A DNA stretch of 64,000 nucleotides from an uncultured Desulfosarcina sp. GTDB lineage: Bacteria > Desulfobacterota > Desulfobacteria > Desulfobacterales > Desulfosarcinaceae. The stretch spans positions 464,189-528,188 of the forward strand of contig NZ_CAXXXH010000002.1 of NCBI RefSeq assembly GCF_963664155.2, given 5' to 3'. The position numbers and the translations under genes were made by a program. This document shows positions 51,219 through 61,697 of this stretch, piece after piece. The first letter of the stretch is position 1, and the number at the start of each line of letters is the position of its first letter. Under the pieces are notes generated by a model. The model had not been told where the DNA came from. It made no database searches and saw only the letters and a program-made list of their open reading frames with translations.

Positions 51219-53171
51219 TTATGGAGAATATGGCTTTGCGTCTGAAGCTGGCGCACAAATGCATTCGCAGGTGTCATCCGGTTTCTGTGCAACGGCCTTC
51301 CCGGATGATGCCGCGTCGCTGAAATCCATGTGGAGGGTCACGTCGCTGCCTCCGGGGGCGGTGGTTTTGGCATGGGGATAGCGTTTTTTGAAGACGTGGA
51401 GCATGGCGGTGTTTTCGCGCAGGACGGTGGCGGAAAAAGACTTGAAGTTGTTCTCCTTGGCGATGCGCTCCAGGTCGGCCAGCAGATAAGAAGCGATGCC
51501 CATCCCGTGAAAGTCCTCGCGAACCACAAATGCCACCTCTGCCTGGGTATCGCTTTCCTCCGCATAGGAGCCGAGGGCAATGATTTCCTGGTGGCCGCCG
51601 ATGCGCACCAGACCGATCATGGATATGTTCTTGCGGTAGTCCACGCTGGCCCATTGCTGCTGGACCACTTCGTGGGAAAAGAGCTTCATCTTATAGAAAA
51701 ACCTGAAGTAGATTGTTTTTTCCTGCAGCGAGTAAAAAAAGTTCCGGTAGGCGAATTCATCGGAGGGCAGGAGTGGCCTGAATTCCACCGTTTTTCCGTT
51801 TTTCAGGGTTAGGCGGTTCTTGTAGCCTTCGATGAAGATCAGGTCATCCTGTGACGGCGGCAGTTGGTCGGAGAAGATATAGTGCCGGGACTTGGCCACA
51901 TCGATGAGCTCTTCACGGAATTTGGGGTGGGCGATCTGGGCCAGCTCCATGACCCGTTGGTAGATGCTTTTGCCGCTGAGCTCGGCAATGCCGTATTCGG
52001 TCACCACGAAGTTCACGTCGCCGCGGGTGGTGGCTACGCCGGCACCTTCGCTGAGATGCGGCACAATTCTCGAAACGGTGCCGTTCTGGGCTGTAGAGGG
52101 CAGGGCGATGACTGAAAAGCCGCCTTTGGACATGGCGCTGCCGCGGAGAAAATCCACCTGATCACCGATTCCGCTGTAAAACATATAGCCCATGGAGTCG
52201 CTGCACACCTGGCCGGTGAGGTCCACCTCCAGGGCGGAACTGATTGAAACCAGGTTATCGTTTCTGGCGATAACGGTGGGATCGTTGACGAACGCCGATG
52301 AGCGGAAGTAAAACATGGGGTTGTTGTCCACGTAGCGGTAGAGCTTCTCCGATCCCATGCACAGCGATGCCACCACCCGTCCGGGCAGCAGGGTCTTCTT
52401 GCGGTTGGTGATCACCTTTTTCTCGAACAGGGGCAAAAAACCGTCGGTGATCAGTTGGGTGTGGATGCCCAGGTCTTTCTTGTCGGCCAGTTGTTGCAGG
52501 ATGGCATAGGGAAGATGACCAAACCCGATCTGAAGGGTCGCTCCGTCGTCTACCAGTTGATTGACATAAAACCCGATACGGCTGGCGGTTTCCGAATTCT
52601 TGATGCTGGGTAGGGCTTCCACCAGCGGCTCCTCATACTGCACCAGAAAATCGATGTCGTCTATGTGAACAAAGCTGTCTCCCGAGGTTCGCGGCATGCG
52701 TGGGTTGACCTGGGCGATGACTATCTTGGCATTTTGCATCCCGGCCCGGGTGATGTCGATGGATACGCCGAGGCTGCAGTAGCCGTGCTTATCCGGTGGG
52801 CTGACCTGGATCAGGGCCACATCCAGGCCGATCCGACGGTTGGCGAAGTATCTGGGGATTTGGGACAGGTAGGTCGGGATGTAGTCGATCTTGCCTTCGA
52901 ATGCCGCTTTCCTCATCGAACTGCTGATAAAAAAGAGCTTAAGGGAAAATCGCCTTAAAAACCGGGGATCGTCTACATAATCGGCAAAGGTCCAGGAGAG
53001 CATCTGGTAGACCATGATGTCCTGCATGCTCAGGTCTTCCACCATGGTCCGGATCAAGTGCTGGGGTTCGCCGCACCCGGTACCGATGAACACCCGGCTT
53101 CCGTTTTTTATTTTGGATATGGCGGTCTCAGCGTCCATCAGCTTGTCCGGACATGCCGTCTTCAGATCCAT
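51219..53171 (-). CDS. Acetyl-CoA hydrolase/CoA-transferase-like domain fused to a C-terminal GNAT acetyltransferase
   Basis: GTGCGEP, QVSPPD, QVNPRMP, GATLQIG, ALEVDLTGQ, SGIGDQVDF, VVTEYGIA; GNAT EVAFVVREDFHGMGIA; start at MDLK. Confidence 0.9.
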   Translation of the reverse strand: MDLKTACPDKLMDAETAISKIKNGSRVFIGTGCGEPQHLIRTMVEDLSMQDIMVYQMLSWTFADYVDDPRFLRRFSLKLFFISSSMRKAAFEGKIDYIPTYLSQIPRYFANRRIGLDVALIQVSPPDKHGYCSLGVSIDITRAGMQNAKIVIAQVNPRMPRTSGDSFVHIDDIDFLVQYEEPLVEALPSIKNSETASRIGFYVNQLVDDGATLQIGFGHLPYAILQQLADKKDLGIHTQLITDGFLPLFEKKVITNRKKTLLPGRVVASLCMGSEKLYRYVDNNPMFYFRSSAFVNDPTVIARNDNLVSISSALEVDLTGQVCSDSMGYMFYSGIGDQVDFLRGSAMSKGGFSVIALPSTAQNGTVSRIVPHLSEGAGVATTRGDVNFVVTEYGIAELSGKSIYQRVMELAQIAHPKFREELIDVAKSRHYIFSDQLPPSQDDLIFIEGYKNRLTLKNGKTVEFRPLLPSDEFAYRNFFYSLQEKTIYFRFFYKMKLFSHEVVQQQWASVDYRKNISMIGLVRIGGHQEIIALGSYAEESDTQAEVAFVVREDFHGMGIASYLLADLERIAKENNFKSFSATVLRENTAMLHVFKKRYPHAKTTAPGGSDVTLHMDFSDAASSGKAVAQKPDDTCECICAPASDAKPYSP

Positions 53172-53233
53172 CCCCACCCCCCCCTTCATGGTATAAACGT
53201 TAACGGTGAGCATCACCGATCGACAACTGGAAA

Positions 53234-53378
53234 TTGAACCCTCCCCGCGACAAGCCGCGGGGAATGTTCCGCCTGTAACGGCGGTGCTGCGCAGCAACGT
53301 AAGGATGAAAATCGATTTATAGTTCGCTTGCTGACCCCGCCGCAAGCGGCGAGGAATGCGCTCGCTATCGCGGTTCAA
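53234..53378. mobile_element. 145-bp MITE/REP-like element with TTGAACC...GGTTCAA ends and two GC-rich hairpins
   Basis: Hairpins tccccgcg-acaagc-cgcgggga and ccgccgc-aa-gcggcg; partial second copy at 14256. Confidence 0.65.
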
Positions 53379-53517
53379 AAACGCGGCCATTCCATCGTAA
53401 ATTCGTCGGATAGTCAAGCAGACAGTACAAAACAGTTGACAGGACCCAAGCCGATTCATAGTTTCAATCATTCTATTCGGATCAACCCTGTTCTCACAGA
53501 AAGGCAGAAAGCGAACC

Positions 53518-53868
53518 ATGAAAGTGATTGAATACAGCCAAGAACCGGCAGTCCGTTTTGAAAATGATAGTATCAAAGGCGTTTCCGGCCGGGTGGTCAT
53601 CGGCAAGGCCGATGGCGCCCCCAACTTCTGCATGCGCGTGTTCGACCTGGAAAGCGGCGGCTTTACCCCTAAGCATCGGCATGACTGGGAACATGAGATT
53701 TTTTTTCATACCGGTCAAGGTGAGGTGTGGCAAAACGGTAACTGGGTACCGGTCAAAGCCGGCAGCGTGGCCTTTATTCCCGGCAACGAAGAGCACCAGA
53801 TCAGAAATTCCGGGGACAACCGGCTGACCTTTGTCTGCCTGATACCATCCGGAGCACCGGAGCTTTAG
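53518..53868 (+). CDS. Cupin domain protein
   Basis: [11 protein letters not shown] and IPGNEEH metal-binding motifs. Confidence 0.9.
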   Translation: MKVIEYSQEPAVRFENDSIKGVSGRVVIGKADGAPNFCMRVFDLESGGFTPKHRHDWEHEIFFHTGQGEVWQNGNWVPVKAGSVAFIPGNEEHQIRNSGDNRLTFVCLIPSGAPEL

Positions 53869-53869
53869 C

Positions 53870-54307
53870 ATGGCCGAAACGTACAGGAATCCGCTGCCCA
53901 CTGTCGACATCATCATCGAAGTCAAAGGCGGAATAGTATTGATCGAACGCAAAAATCCACCCCATGGGTGGGCCATCCCCGGCGGATTTGTGGATTACGG
54001 CGAATCCGTTGAAGCCTGCGCCGTCAGAGAGGCCCGGGAGGAGACCGGCCTGAACGTTCGCCTCAAGGATCTGCTTTACGTGTATTCCCGGCCGGACCGG
54101 GATCCGCGGCACCATACCCTCACTACGGTATTCATTGCCACGGCCGACGGAACGCCCGTCGCCGCAGATGATGTCCAATCAGCCGGTGTTTTTTCCGCCC
54201 AGACCCTGCCCCTTCCGCTGGCGTTTGATCATGCAGACATCTTGGCGGATTATTTTAAATGTCAGGATGGTGTCGATCGGAAGACCGTTTTTCAACACTA
54301 CTTCTGA
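53870..54307 (+). CDS. Nudix hydrolase
   Basis: [32 protein letters not shown]. Confidence 0.93.
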   Translation: MAETYRNPLPTVDIIIEVKGGIVLIERKNPPHGWAIPGGFVDYGESVEACAVREAREETGLNVRLKDLLYVYSRPDRDPRHHTLTTVFIATADGTPVAADDVQSAGVFSAQTLPLPLAFDHADILADYFKCQDGVDRKTVFQHYF

Positions 54308-54377
54308 CCTGACGGGTTTTTAGCGGGAACCCTATTCGCACATGGCCAACTGATCTGCCGAATCCGCGGTATGGATC

Positions 54378-55049
54378 ATGACATATCGTCGATCATCCAT
54401 CGGAAACCGACCTTTCAACTCCCTGGGCAACCTGCTTGCCGAGAAGAATATTCATCTGCCCGAAGTCTGCCTGCCTGAAGCGCCGGTTCGCCGGATGACG
54501 CCACACGAAGAGAGACGCCTGTTTCGACAAGCCATGGCCGATGTGATTCCGCTATCCGGCAGACGAAGGATTGCACCGGTTCTGCCGAGGCGGCGTTACG
54601 GTGAACCGGTGCCGGAAGATCCGGATGCCGAGGCTTTACAACAGCTCAAGAAACTGGTGGAGACCGGTGACGGGTTCGTCCTCAGACACACCGCTGAATA
54701 TATTGAGGGTTCGGCAGGATGGATTCCTCCTGAGATGTTCCGACGGCTTCACCGCGGTTATTTTTCAATCCAGGACCATGTGGATCTTCACGGGTTGAGC
54801 CTCACGGCGGCAAAAACGCATGTCGACCGATTCCTGGAACAGGCCATCGCCTCGGGCAAGCGGGCCGTGCTGGTGGTTCATGGCCGGGGGAGATGCTCAC
54901 CGGGGCTTCCAGTGCTCAAGAGGAATCTGTTCCGCTGGCTGATCAGCGGGCGTTGGAAACGCTGGGTGATTGCATTCACCAGCGCCAGAGCCTGTGACGG
55001 GGGGACCGGGGCCACCTATGTGCTGCTGAGACGAAGACCGAAGCAGTGA
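54378..55049 (+). CDS. Smr/MutS2 domain endonuclease
   Basis: LFRQAMADV, DLHG, VHGRG, GGTGA. Confidence 0.9.
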   Translation: MTYRRSSIGNRPFNSLGNLLAEKNIHLPEVCLPEAPVRRMTPHEERRLFRQAMADVIPLSGRRRIAPVLPRRRYGEPVPEDPDAEALQQLKKLVETGDGFVLRHTAEYIEGSAGWIPPEMFRRLHRGYFSIQDHVDLHGLSLTAAKTHVDRFLEQAIASGKRAVLVVHGRGRCSPGLPVLKRNLFRWLISGRWKRWVIAFTSARACDGGTGATYVLLRRRPKQ

Positions 55050-55085
55050 TCATCCGCAAACGGCATTTTTAAATGGAGCCAAACG

Positions 55086-55550
55086 ATGCATGCCACCGAT
55101 GTAATGACCACCCGATTCATGACCTTGAAACCCGGCAACACGATTACCGAGGCGGTCAACCGCTTCCAGGCCGCCAGTCGGGAGCAGGGGAAAAATGTTT
55201 TTGGATTGATGGTCACCGATGACACGGATCGGTTGGTGGGAATGCTCTCCATGTACGATATATTGCTGTTTGTACAACCGCGCCATGCCGACATCTGGCC
55301 GGAACTGGAAGATGAGGAACAGGCCAACGCGTTCGAAGCGCTGTTGGGACGGGTGAAATCCATCCGGGTCGGCGATCTGATGACCACCGACGTGGTGACC
55401 ATCACGCCGCAAACCCATCTGCTGGCCATTGTGGATATCATGATCAAACGCCATATCCGGCGGCTGCCCGTGGTACGTGATCAGGAGGTGGTGGGCATCG
55501 TATACATATCCGATCTTTTCTACCACCTGCTGCAGCAATACCTGGGATAG
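55086..55550 (+). CDS. CBS domain protein
   Basis: DVMTT, LVGMLS, DLMT, IRRLPVV, VVGIV. Confidence 0.88.
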   Translation: MHATDVMTTRFMTLKPGNTITEAVNRFQAASREQGKNVFGLMVTDDTDRLVGMLSMYDILLFVQPRHADIWPELEDEEQANAFEALLGRVKSIRVGDLMTTDVVTITPQTHLLAIVDIMIKRHIRRLPVVRDQEVVGIVYISDLFYHLLQQYLG

Positions 55551-55566
55551 GGAAGGAGAGGCAACC

Positions 55567-56457
55567 ATGCCTGTAGCCAGAACGAGAAGCGTGCTGAGCG
55601 GGATGCGGGTCAAGGAGGCCATGCGGCGCCAGATAATTTCACTTGACGGGACGGCCTCCATCTGGACCGGAATCGGCCGGTTGATCAAATATAAGGCGGA
55701 CGCATTGCTGGTGATGGATGCGGAGGGAAAGCCTGCGGGAATTGTTTCGAAGACGGATATGGCCGCTGCCTACTACGCCGGAATGCCCTCAGAAACGCCT
55801 TTGGAAGCTGTTATGGCAGGGCCTCTGCACACCTGCTTTATCGACGACGGGCTGGAACATGCGCTGGACAGGATGAGCAGCAACGGCATTCACCAACTTT
55901 TCGTGGTGGGGGCGGATGCCGGCCGGTTTGAGGGCATGTTGAACTACGGGGACATCCTTGGCTTGGTGTTTCAGATCTGTCGCAACTGCCGGAAAAACAG
56001 GTTGCGGCAATCCGCAGCCGGGGTTGGTGACCATCATTCAAGCGAATCTACGATATCCGAGGTGATGACATCGGCGGTGCTCACCTGCAAGGTTACCGAT
56101 GATCTCTATGAGGTTATGGATTCCCTGTCGGCATGCCGGATGAGTGCGATTTTGGTCACCGGTGAAAGTGGCCGCCCCGCCGGCGTCATCTCAAAGACCA
56201 ACCTGATCGTGGCCTGGCACCGGGGGGTCTCACCCGATGCCGAGGCCGCTGCGGTGATGAGTAAACCGGTGATCTCCTGCGACCGGAACGAAACCATCAA
56301 CCAGGCCCTTGCCCGAATGCTCCTGGGTGACATGGGGCGTATTTTCGTTCACGCCGGCGACCCTGGAACGATTGTCGGCGTGCTGTCCCTCTCTGATGCT
56401 GCCAACCACCGATCCGGCACCTGCCGTGCCTGCGTCTCCAGCAGGATGGTCAACTGA
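55567..56457 (+). CDS. Four-CBS-domain protein with two CxxC motifs
   Basis: Four CBS repeats; CRNC after pair 1 and CRAC after pair 2. Confidence 0.85.
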   Translation: MPVARTRSVLSGMRVKEAMRRQIISLDGTASIWTGIGRLIKYKADALLVMDAEGKPAGIVSKTDMAAAYYAGMPSETPLEAVMAGPLHTCFIDDGLEHALDRMSSNGIHQLFVVGADAGRFEGMLNYGDILGLVFQICRNCRKNRLRQSAAGVGDHHSSESTISEVMTSAVLTCKVTDDLYEVMDSLSACRMSAILVTGESGRPAGVISKTNLIVAWHRGVSPDAEAAAVMSKPVISCDRNETINQALARMLLGDMGRIFVHAGDPGTIVGVLSLSDAANHRSGTCRACVSSRMVN

Positions 56458-56539
56458 AAGAGTGGCAATCCATTTTACGTGATCCGTTATCCACAGAAGA
56501 CATTTTTTACGATTGCCCTGAGTTCGGGATGAAAAACGC

Positions 56540-56581
56540 TTGACACACGATGCCGAAACCCATACATAGTTGTATATACTA
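56540..56581 (+). promoter_or_regulatory. Sigma70-like promoter with an adjacent HutC-type operator
   Basis: TTGACA-N17-TACATA followed by TTGTATATACTA (close to TGTA-N2-TACA), upstream of hutI. Confidence 0.55.
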
Positions 56582-56630
56582 GTCATAAAAACGTATAAAT
56601 TACAAATAGATATAAAATTGATGATGCCGA

Positions 56631-57926
56631 TTGGATTCCTCCGTAATGAGATCTTTGATGCCACCCCCTGATTTCCCTGAAACGGTCGACTCCCTGTGGC
56701 TGGACGCCCATTTGGCCACCCTGGCCGGTGGGACCCCGTATGGCATCATTGAAAATGGCGCCATGGCCGTTGACGGGGGCCGCATTGCCTGGATAGGGCC
56801 GCGTGACCGTCTTCCAAAGGATGTCGAGACCAAAGCCCGGTCAGTACACCGCCTTGAAAATTTTTTGATCACACCGGGCCTGATCGATTGCCATACCCAT
56901 TTGGTCTACGCCGGCAACCGTGCCAGAGAATTTGAAATGCGGTTGAACGGGGCCACCTATGAACAGATCGCCCGGGCCGGCGGTGGCATCATCAGCACGG
57001 TTACGGCGGTGAGAACGGCCACGGAAACGGCACTCTTTCGTCAGTCCGCCGGCCGACTCACGGCCATGCAGGCCGAAGGGGTGACCGCTGTGGAAATCAA
57101 GTCCGGCTATGGCCTGGACACCCCCAGCGAGTTGAAGATGCTTCGGGTGGCCAGACGGTTGGGGCAGGAATTCCCGGCCACCGTAATGTCGACATTTCTG
57201 GGTGCTCACGCCCTGCCGCCGGAATATGCGGGACGATCGGATGCTTACATCGATCTGGTGGTGGATGAGATGATCCCTGCCGTTGCTGCCGACGGCCTGG
57301 CAACGGCGGTGGATGCTTTCTGCGAACGGATTGCTTTCACACCGGCCCAGATCGAACGGGTTTTCACTGCCGCCAGACGGTACGGATTGGCGATCAAATT
57401 ACACGCCGAACAGCTCAGCGACAGCAAAGGGGCGGTTCTGGCAGCTCGTTTTGGTGCCCTGAGTGCCGATCATCTGGAGCACCTGAAGGCGGACGGTGCG
57501 GCGGCGATGGCCCAAGCCGGCACCGTGGCGGTGCTGCTGCCCGGCGCCTATTATTTCCTCAAGGAGACCTGCAGGCCGCCGGTGGATCTACTGCGTCGGG
57601 AAGGGGTGCCTATGGCCTTGTCGACCGACTGCAATCCCGGTACGAGTCCGACCACATCGCCGTTGCTCATGATGAATATGGCCTGCGTCAATTTCGGGCT
57701 CACCCCGGCCGAATCACTGGCCGGGTTTACCGTTCATGCTGCCAGGGCGCTGGGCATGCAGGCTCGCTGGGGTACTCTCGAGGTCGGCAAACAAGCCGAT
57801 TTTGCGGTGTGGGACATCGCAGAACCGGCCGAGCTGTCCTACCGCATGGGAGGCAATCTTTGCCGCATGACCGTTAAGGGAGGAGAACCGGTTAACACTG
57901 GTGCTGCCGGTATTATGTCGGTCTGA
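56631..57926 (+). CDS. hutI: Imidazolonepropionase (start uncertain)
   Basis: [50 protein letters not shown]. Confidence 0.95.
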   Translation: MDSSVMRSLMPPPDFPETVDSLWLDAHLATLAGGTPYGIIENGAMAVDGGRIAWIGPRDRLPKDVETKARSVHRLENFLITPGLIDCHTHLVYAGNRAREFEMRLNGATYEQIARAGGGIISTVTAVRTATETALFRQSAGRLTAMQAEGVTAVEIKSGYGLDTPSELKMLRVARRLGQEFPATVMSTFLGAHALPPEYAGRSDAYIDLVVDEMIPAVAADGLATAVDAFCERIAFTPAQIERVFTAARRYGLAIKLHAEQLSDSKGAVLAARFGALSADHLEHLKADGAAAMAQAGTVAVLLPGAYYFLKETCRPPVDLLRREGVPMALSTDCNPGTSPTTSPLLMMNMACVNFGLTPAESLAGFTVHAARALGMQARWGTLEVGKQADFAVWDIAEPAELSYRMGGNLCRMTVKGGEPVNTGAAGIMSV

Positions 57927-57971
57927 GCGGAATATTGATTAACGCGACATTGATTGAATGGAGGAGAACAG

Positions 57972-59123
57972 ATGAAAAGTAAAATTGCAGTCTGGGCGCT
58001 GGCATGTTGTCTCTTGGCATGGCTGATCGGTCCGGCGATGGCCGCCGATACCATCAAGATCGGGTTCCATGCCCCACTGACCGGATTTGCCGCCAGTGAC
58101 GGTAAATCCGCCACCGAGGGCGCAAAACTGGCTGTCAGTCAGATCAACGCAGCCGGGGGCGTTTTGGGTAAAAAGCTGGAACTGGTGGTCTATGACGACG
58201 AGGCCAAACCGGCCCAGGCCATTCCCATCGCCAACAAACTCATCGGCCAGGATAAGGTCGCTGTGGGCATTTCCGGCTCTTACTCCGGTGCCACTCGGTC
58301 GGCAGCCGGCATTTTTCAGGAATCCAAGATTCCCTATATCAGCGCTTACGGCATCCATCCAGACATCACCCGGGCCGGCGAATACGTTTTCCGCACCAGT
58401 TTTCTGGGGCATGTTCAAGGCAAGGCCGGTGCCAAGCTGATTGGCGAGATGATGGGCAAAAAAAAGGTGGTCATGATCACCCTTCAGAACGATTTCGGTC
58501 AATCCCTGGCCGCCGGTTTTGAGGAGATGGCTCCCACCTACGGCATCGACATCGTGGGATCCTACCAATACTCCATCAAGGACCGCCAGTTCGGGGCCAT
58601 CGTGGCCAAAGTCAAGGCTGACAATCCCGAAGCCATCTACGCCAGCGGCTACTACTTTACGGCCGGCCCCCTAGTCAACCAGTTGCGGGCGGCTGGCGTC
58701 ACTTGTCCCATTATCGGCCAGGAGGGCTACGATAGCCAGAAATTCATCGAGATTGCCGGTCCGGCCGCTGAAGGGGTCATCATCACCACCAGCCTGGACC
58801 GCGACTCCCAGGTGCCGGAAACCGCCGATTTCATCAGGGCGTTTGAAGCCCAGGCCGGTTTCAAGGCCGACATGGTGGCTGCCAGCGGGCATACGGCCGT
58901 GATGGTGGCGGCCGATGCGATCCGGCGTGCCGGCAGTACCGATCCCGGGAAGGTGCTTGCCGCGATGAAAACCACCGACCTGAAGGTCTCCACCGGGACC
59001 ATCCGGTTCAATGCCTTGGGTGAGGTCATGAAAGCGGTGCAGGTCCAGGTGGTCAAGGACGGCAATTGGCATCACTACGCAGTGATAGACGATCCCGAAC
59101 TACTGGCACCGCCTGAGAAATAG
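57972..59123 (+). CDS. LIV/HAAT-family ABC substrate-binding protein
   Basis: Signal peptide, IKIG..PLTG, INAAGGVLG; GGAG RBS. Confidence 0.92.
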   Translation: MKSKIAVWALACCLLAWLIGPAMAADTIKIGFHAPLTGFAASDGKSATEGAKLAVSQINAAGGVLGKKLELVVYDDEAKPAQAIPIANKLIGQDKVAVGISGSYSGATRSAAGIFQESKIPYISAYGIHPDITRAGEYVFRTSFLGHVQGKAGAKLIGEMMGKKKVVMITLQNDFGQSLAAGFEEMAPTYGIDIVGSYQYSIKDRQFGAIVAKVKADNPEAIYASGYYFTAGPLVNQLRAAGVTCPIIGQEGYDSQKFIEIAGPAAEGVIITTSLDRDSQVPETADFIRAFEAQAGFKADMVAASGHTAVMVAADAIRRAGSTDPGKVLAAMKTTDLKVSTGTIRFNALGEVMKAVQVQVVKDGNWHHYAVIDDPELLAPPEK

Positions 59124-59210
59124 GGGTTTTTCATCGGTGTTCATCCGCAAAAACCGAGGCATTTTCTGTCGACTATCTTGTGAACACGTTGAAGATCCGG
59201 CCCTTTTGCC

Positions 59211-60071
59211 ATGCTCTATGTTGAACTGCTCATTCAAGGTCTGATTTACGGCTGTATGTACGCCATGATCGCCGTGGGCCTGACTCTGGTTTACGGACTC
59301 CTGCGCATCCTTCACGTGGCCCATGCCGGTCTTTTTGCGCTGGGCGGCTATTTGGGACTGCTGCTGACCAACGCCACCGGCAGCCTGTTGCTCGCCATGC
59401 CCCTGGCTGCCGGTCTGGTTGGGCTGCTGGGCATGGTAGTCTACCGGCTCTGCTATCAACCTATCCTGGACCGTCCCCCCTACGTGGCCCTGATTGCCTC
59501 CATCGGTCTTTTCATTGCCATGGAGGAACTCTTTCGCCTGATTTTCGGCCCCTACGGACTGACTTACACCCACGCGCCGCTGCAGCAGCTGTTCCGGTTC
59601 TCCGGTGTTACCCTGCGGGCCGTGGACCTGGCCATTGTGGTCGGCAGTGTGTCCATTCTGGGAATGCTGGCGTGGCTGGCCCAAAACACCCGCATCGGCA
59701 TCGCCTGGCGGGCCACGGTGGACGATCCCCAGATGGCGGGAAGCTTCGGCATCAGTGTGCTGAAGGTGCGCTACCTGAACTTTTTTATCGGCAGCGCCCT
59801 GGCCGGGGTGGGCGGCATCTTCATTTCACTGCTGTCCAACCTGGTGGAACCCACCATGGGCGGTGTACCCAGCTACAAGGCCCTGGCCATTATCGTTCTC
59901 GGCGGCCTGGGCAATGTGGGCGGAACGCTGATCGCCTCCCTGGTGCTGGGGGTGGTGGAGGCCTACGGAACCATCTTCATCGGCGATTACCTGGACCGGG
60001 ACGCCATCGCCTTCGGCTTTCTGATCCTAGTGCTGATGATCCGGCCCCAGGGGTTGTTTGCACGGAGTTAG
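59211..60071 (+). CDS. livH: LivH-like ABC permease
   Basis: YAMIAVGLTLVYG, AHAG, GIAWRA, VLGGLG, RPQGLF. Confidence 0.9.
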   Translation: MLYVELLIQGLIYGCMYAMIAVGLTLVYGLLRILHVAHAGLFALGGYLGLLLTNATGSLLLAMPLAAGLVGLLGMVVYRLCYQPILDRPPYVALIASIGLFIAMEELFRLIFGPYGLTYTHAPLQQLFRFSGVTLRAVDLAIVVGSVSILGMLAWLAQNTRIGIAWRATVDDPQMAGSFGISVLKVRYLNFFIGSALAGVGGIFISLLSNLVEPTMGGVPSYKALAIIVLGGLGNVGGTLIASLVLGVVEAYGTIFIGDYLDRDAIAFGFLILVLMIRPQGLFARS

Positions 60072-60072
60072 C

Positions 60073-60936
60073 ATGCTCATTTACGAACTTTCACTGGCCA
60101 CCGTTGTCTGCATCAACATCATCCAGGCCATCGGGCTTAACCTGATCACCGGCTACTGCGGGCAGATCAGTCTGGGGCATGCGGCTTTTTACGGCATCGG
60201 TGCCTACACGACGGCCCTGATGGCCAAGGCCGGGTTTCCGGGGCCGCTCAACCTTCTGGCTGCCATGCTGCTCAGCGGTGCGGTGGGAGCCATGGTTGGG
60301 CTGACAAGCCTGCGGGTGCGTGAAGACTTTCTGGCCATCACCACCATGGGGGTCGGCTTCCTGTTTCTAGGCATCGTTCGGCAGCAGGAGCGCTTTCTGG
60401 GCGGAGAACTGGGGATCAGTTCCATTCCCTCCTTCGGTTTGGGCAAGCTGGGCTTTTTCATGTTGACGCTGACCTTGATGATACTTACTGCCGCCTTCAG
60501 CCTGTACCTGAAAAAAACCTGGATGGGATTCGCCTTCGAAGCGGTGGCCGACGACGAAGACACGGCGCGGGTCCTTTCCGTTAACGTGTCGGCCTACAAG
60601 CTGGTTGCCTTCGCTTTAGGAACCGCAATGGCTGGACTGGCAGGCGGTCTCTACTGCTATTTCGCGCGTTTTATCGTACCCGATGACTTCGGGTTCATCA
60701 CTTCCATCAGCGTCCTGTCCATGGTGGCTGTGGGCGGCATCGGCAGCGTTTACGGCGTCATCCTAGGTACTGTGCTGTTGACCCTGATGCCCGATTTTTT
60801 CCGTTTTATCAGCGATTACAAGCTTTTTGTTTACGGTGCCCTGCTTTTTACAGTCATGCGCTTTGCTCCGGAAGGGCTGGCCGGACTGCCGGCCTTGGTA
60901 TTGGCCAAAAGCGCCCGGACCGGAGGCGCTCCATGA
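60073..60936 (+). CDS. livM: LivM-like ABC permease
   Basis: GYCGQISLGHAAFYGIGAY, FLAITT, VGGIGS, PEGL. Confidence 0.9.
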   Translation: MLIYELSLATVVCINIIQAIGLNLITGYCGQISLGHAAFYGIGAYTTALMAKAGFPGPLNLLAAMLLSGAVGAMVGLTSLRVREDFLAITTMGVGFLFLGIVRQQERFLGGELGISSIPSFGLGKLGFFMLTLTLMILTAAFSLYLKKTWMGFAFEAVADDEDTARVLSVNVSAYKLVAFALGTAMAGLAGGLYCYFARFIVPDDFGFITSISVLSMVAVGGIGSVYGVILGTVLLTLMPDFFRFISDYKLFVYGALLFTVMRFAPEGLAGLPALVLAKSARTGGAP

Positions 60937-61697
60937 ACGTGCTGTTGGACGTGGTGGATGTGACCGTAACCTTCGGTGGTGTGAATGCACTGCAGGGTGT
61001 CTCCTTCCAGGTTCGGGACGGAGAACTGCTCAGCTTGATCGGTCCCAACGGTGCCGGCAAGACCACCCTGCTGAAGGCCATTATCGGTGTGGTCACCCCC
61101 CAAAATGCCAAGATTCGGCTGAGTGGACAGGATATCAGCCGGATGCCTACCCACCGGCGGGCCCAGCTGGGGCTGGCCCTCACCCACCAGATCGTACGAC
61201 CCTTCAAATCCATGACCCTTCTTGACAACGTCTCCCTGGCTGCCGGCCACCAGAGGACCCGAAGTGTTTTCAGGTCCATGGTTGCCGTTAACCGCGACAT
61301 CGAGCACCAAAAGGCTGCGGTATTGCTGCATTTGGTGGGAATTGGTGACCATGCCGGCCAACGCGTGACCGGCCAGCCCCTGGGTGTTCTCAAACGGCTG
61401 GAAGTCGCCCGGGCGTTGGCGCTGGAACCCCGTCTGCTGCTGCTTGACGAACCCCTGGCCGGCTTGAACCACATTGAAGCGGAACGCCTTGCCGATACCC
61501 TTGTGCAAATCAACGCCAAAGGAATGACCGTGGTGATGATCGAACACAATCTGGGGGAGGTACTGCGGATCAGCCAGCGCCTGGTGGTGCTGGACAATGG
61601 TCGCAAGATCGCCGATGGGGTGCCCGATCAGGTGATGCGCCTGGACGAGGTGAGGGCCGCTTACGTGGGCAGGGAGAAACAGTATGCTGCGTCTTGA
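60933..61697 (+). CDS. livG: LivG-like ABC ATPase
   Basis: GPNGAGKTT, LLDEP.AGL, IEH. Confidence 0.9.
   Translation: MNVLLDVVDVTVTFGGVNALQGVSFQVRDGELLSLIGPNGAGKTTLLKAIIGVVTPQNAKIRLSGQDISRMPTHRRAQLGLALTHQIVRPFKSMTLLDNVSLAAGHQRTRSVFRSMVAVNRDIEHQKAAVLLHLVGIGDHAGQRVTGQPLGVLKRLEVARALALEPRLLLLDEPLAGLNHIEAERLADTLVQINAKGMTVVMIEHNLGEVLRISQRLVVLDNGRKIADGVPDQVMRLDEVRAAYVGREKQYAAS

Noticed and set aside
53172-53633. N-terminal 150 aa of the 804-aa ORF
   Set aside because: It runs through the miniature repeat element and overlaps the divergent cupin gene; the real start is probably 53171.
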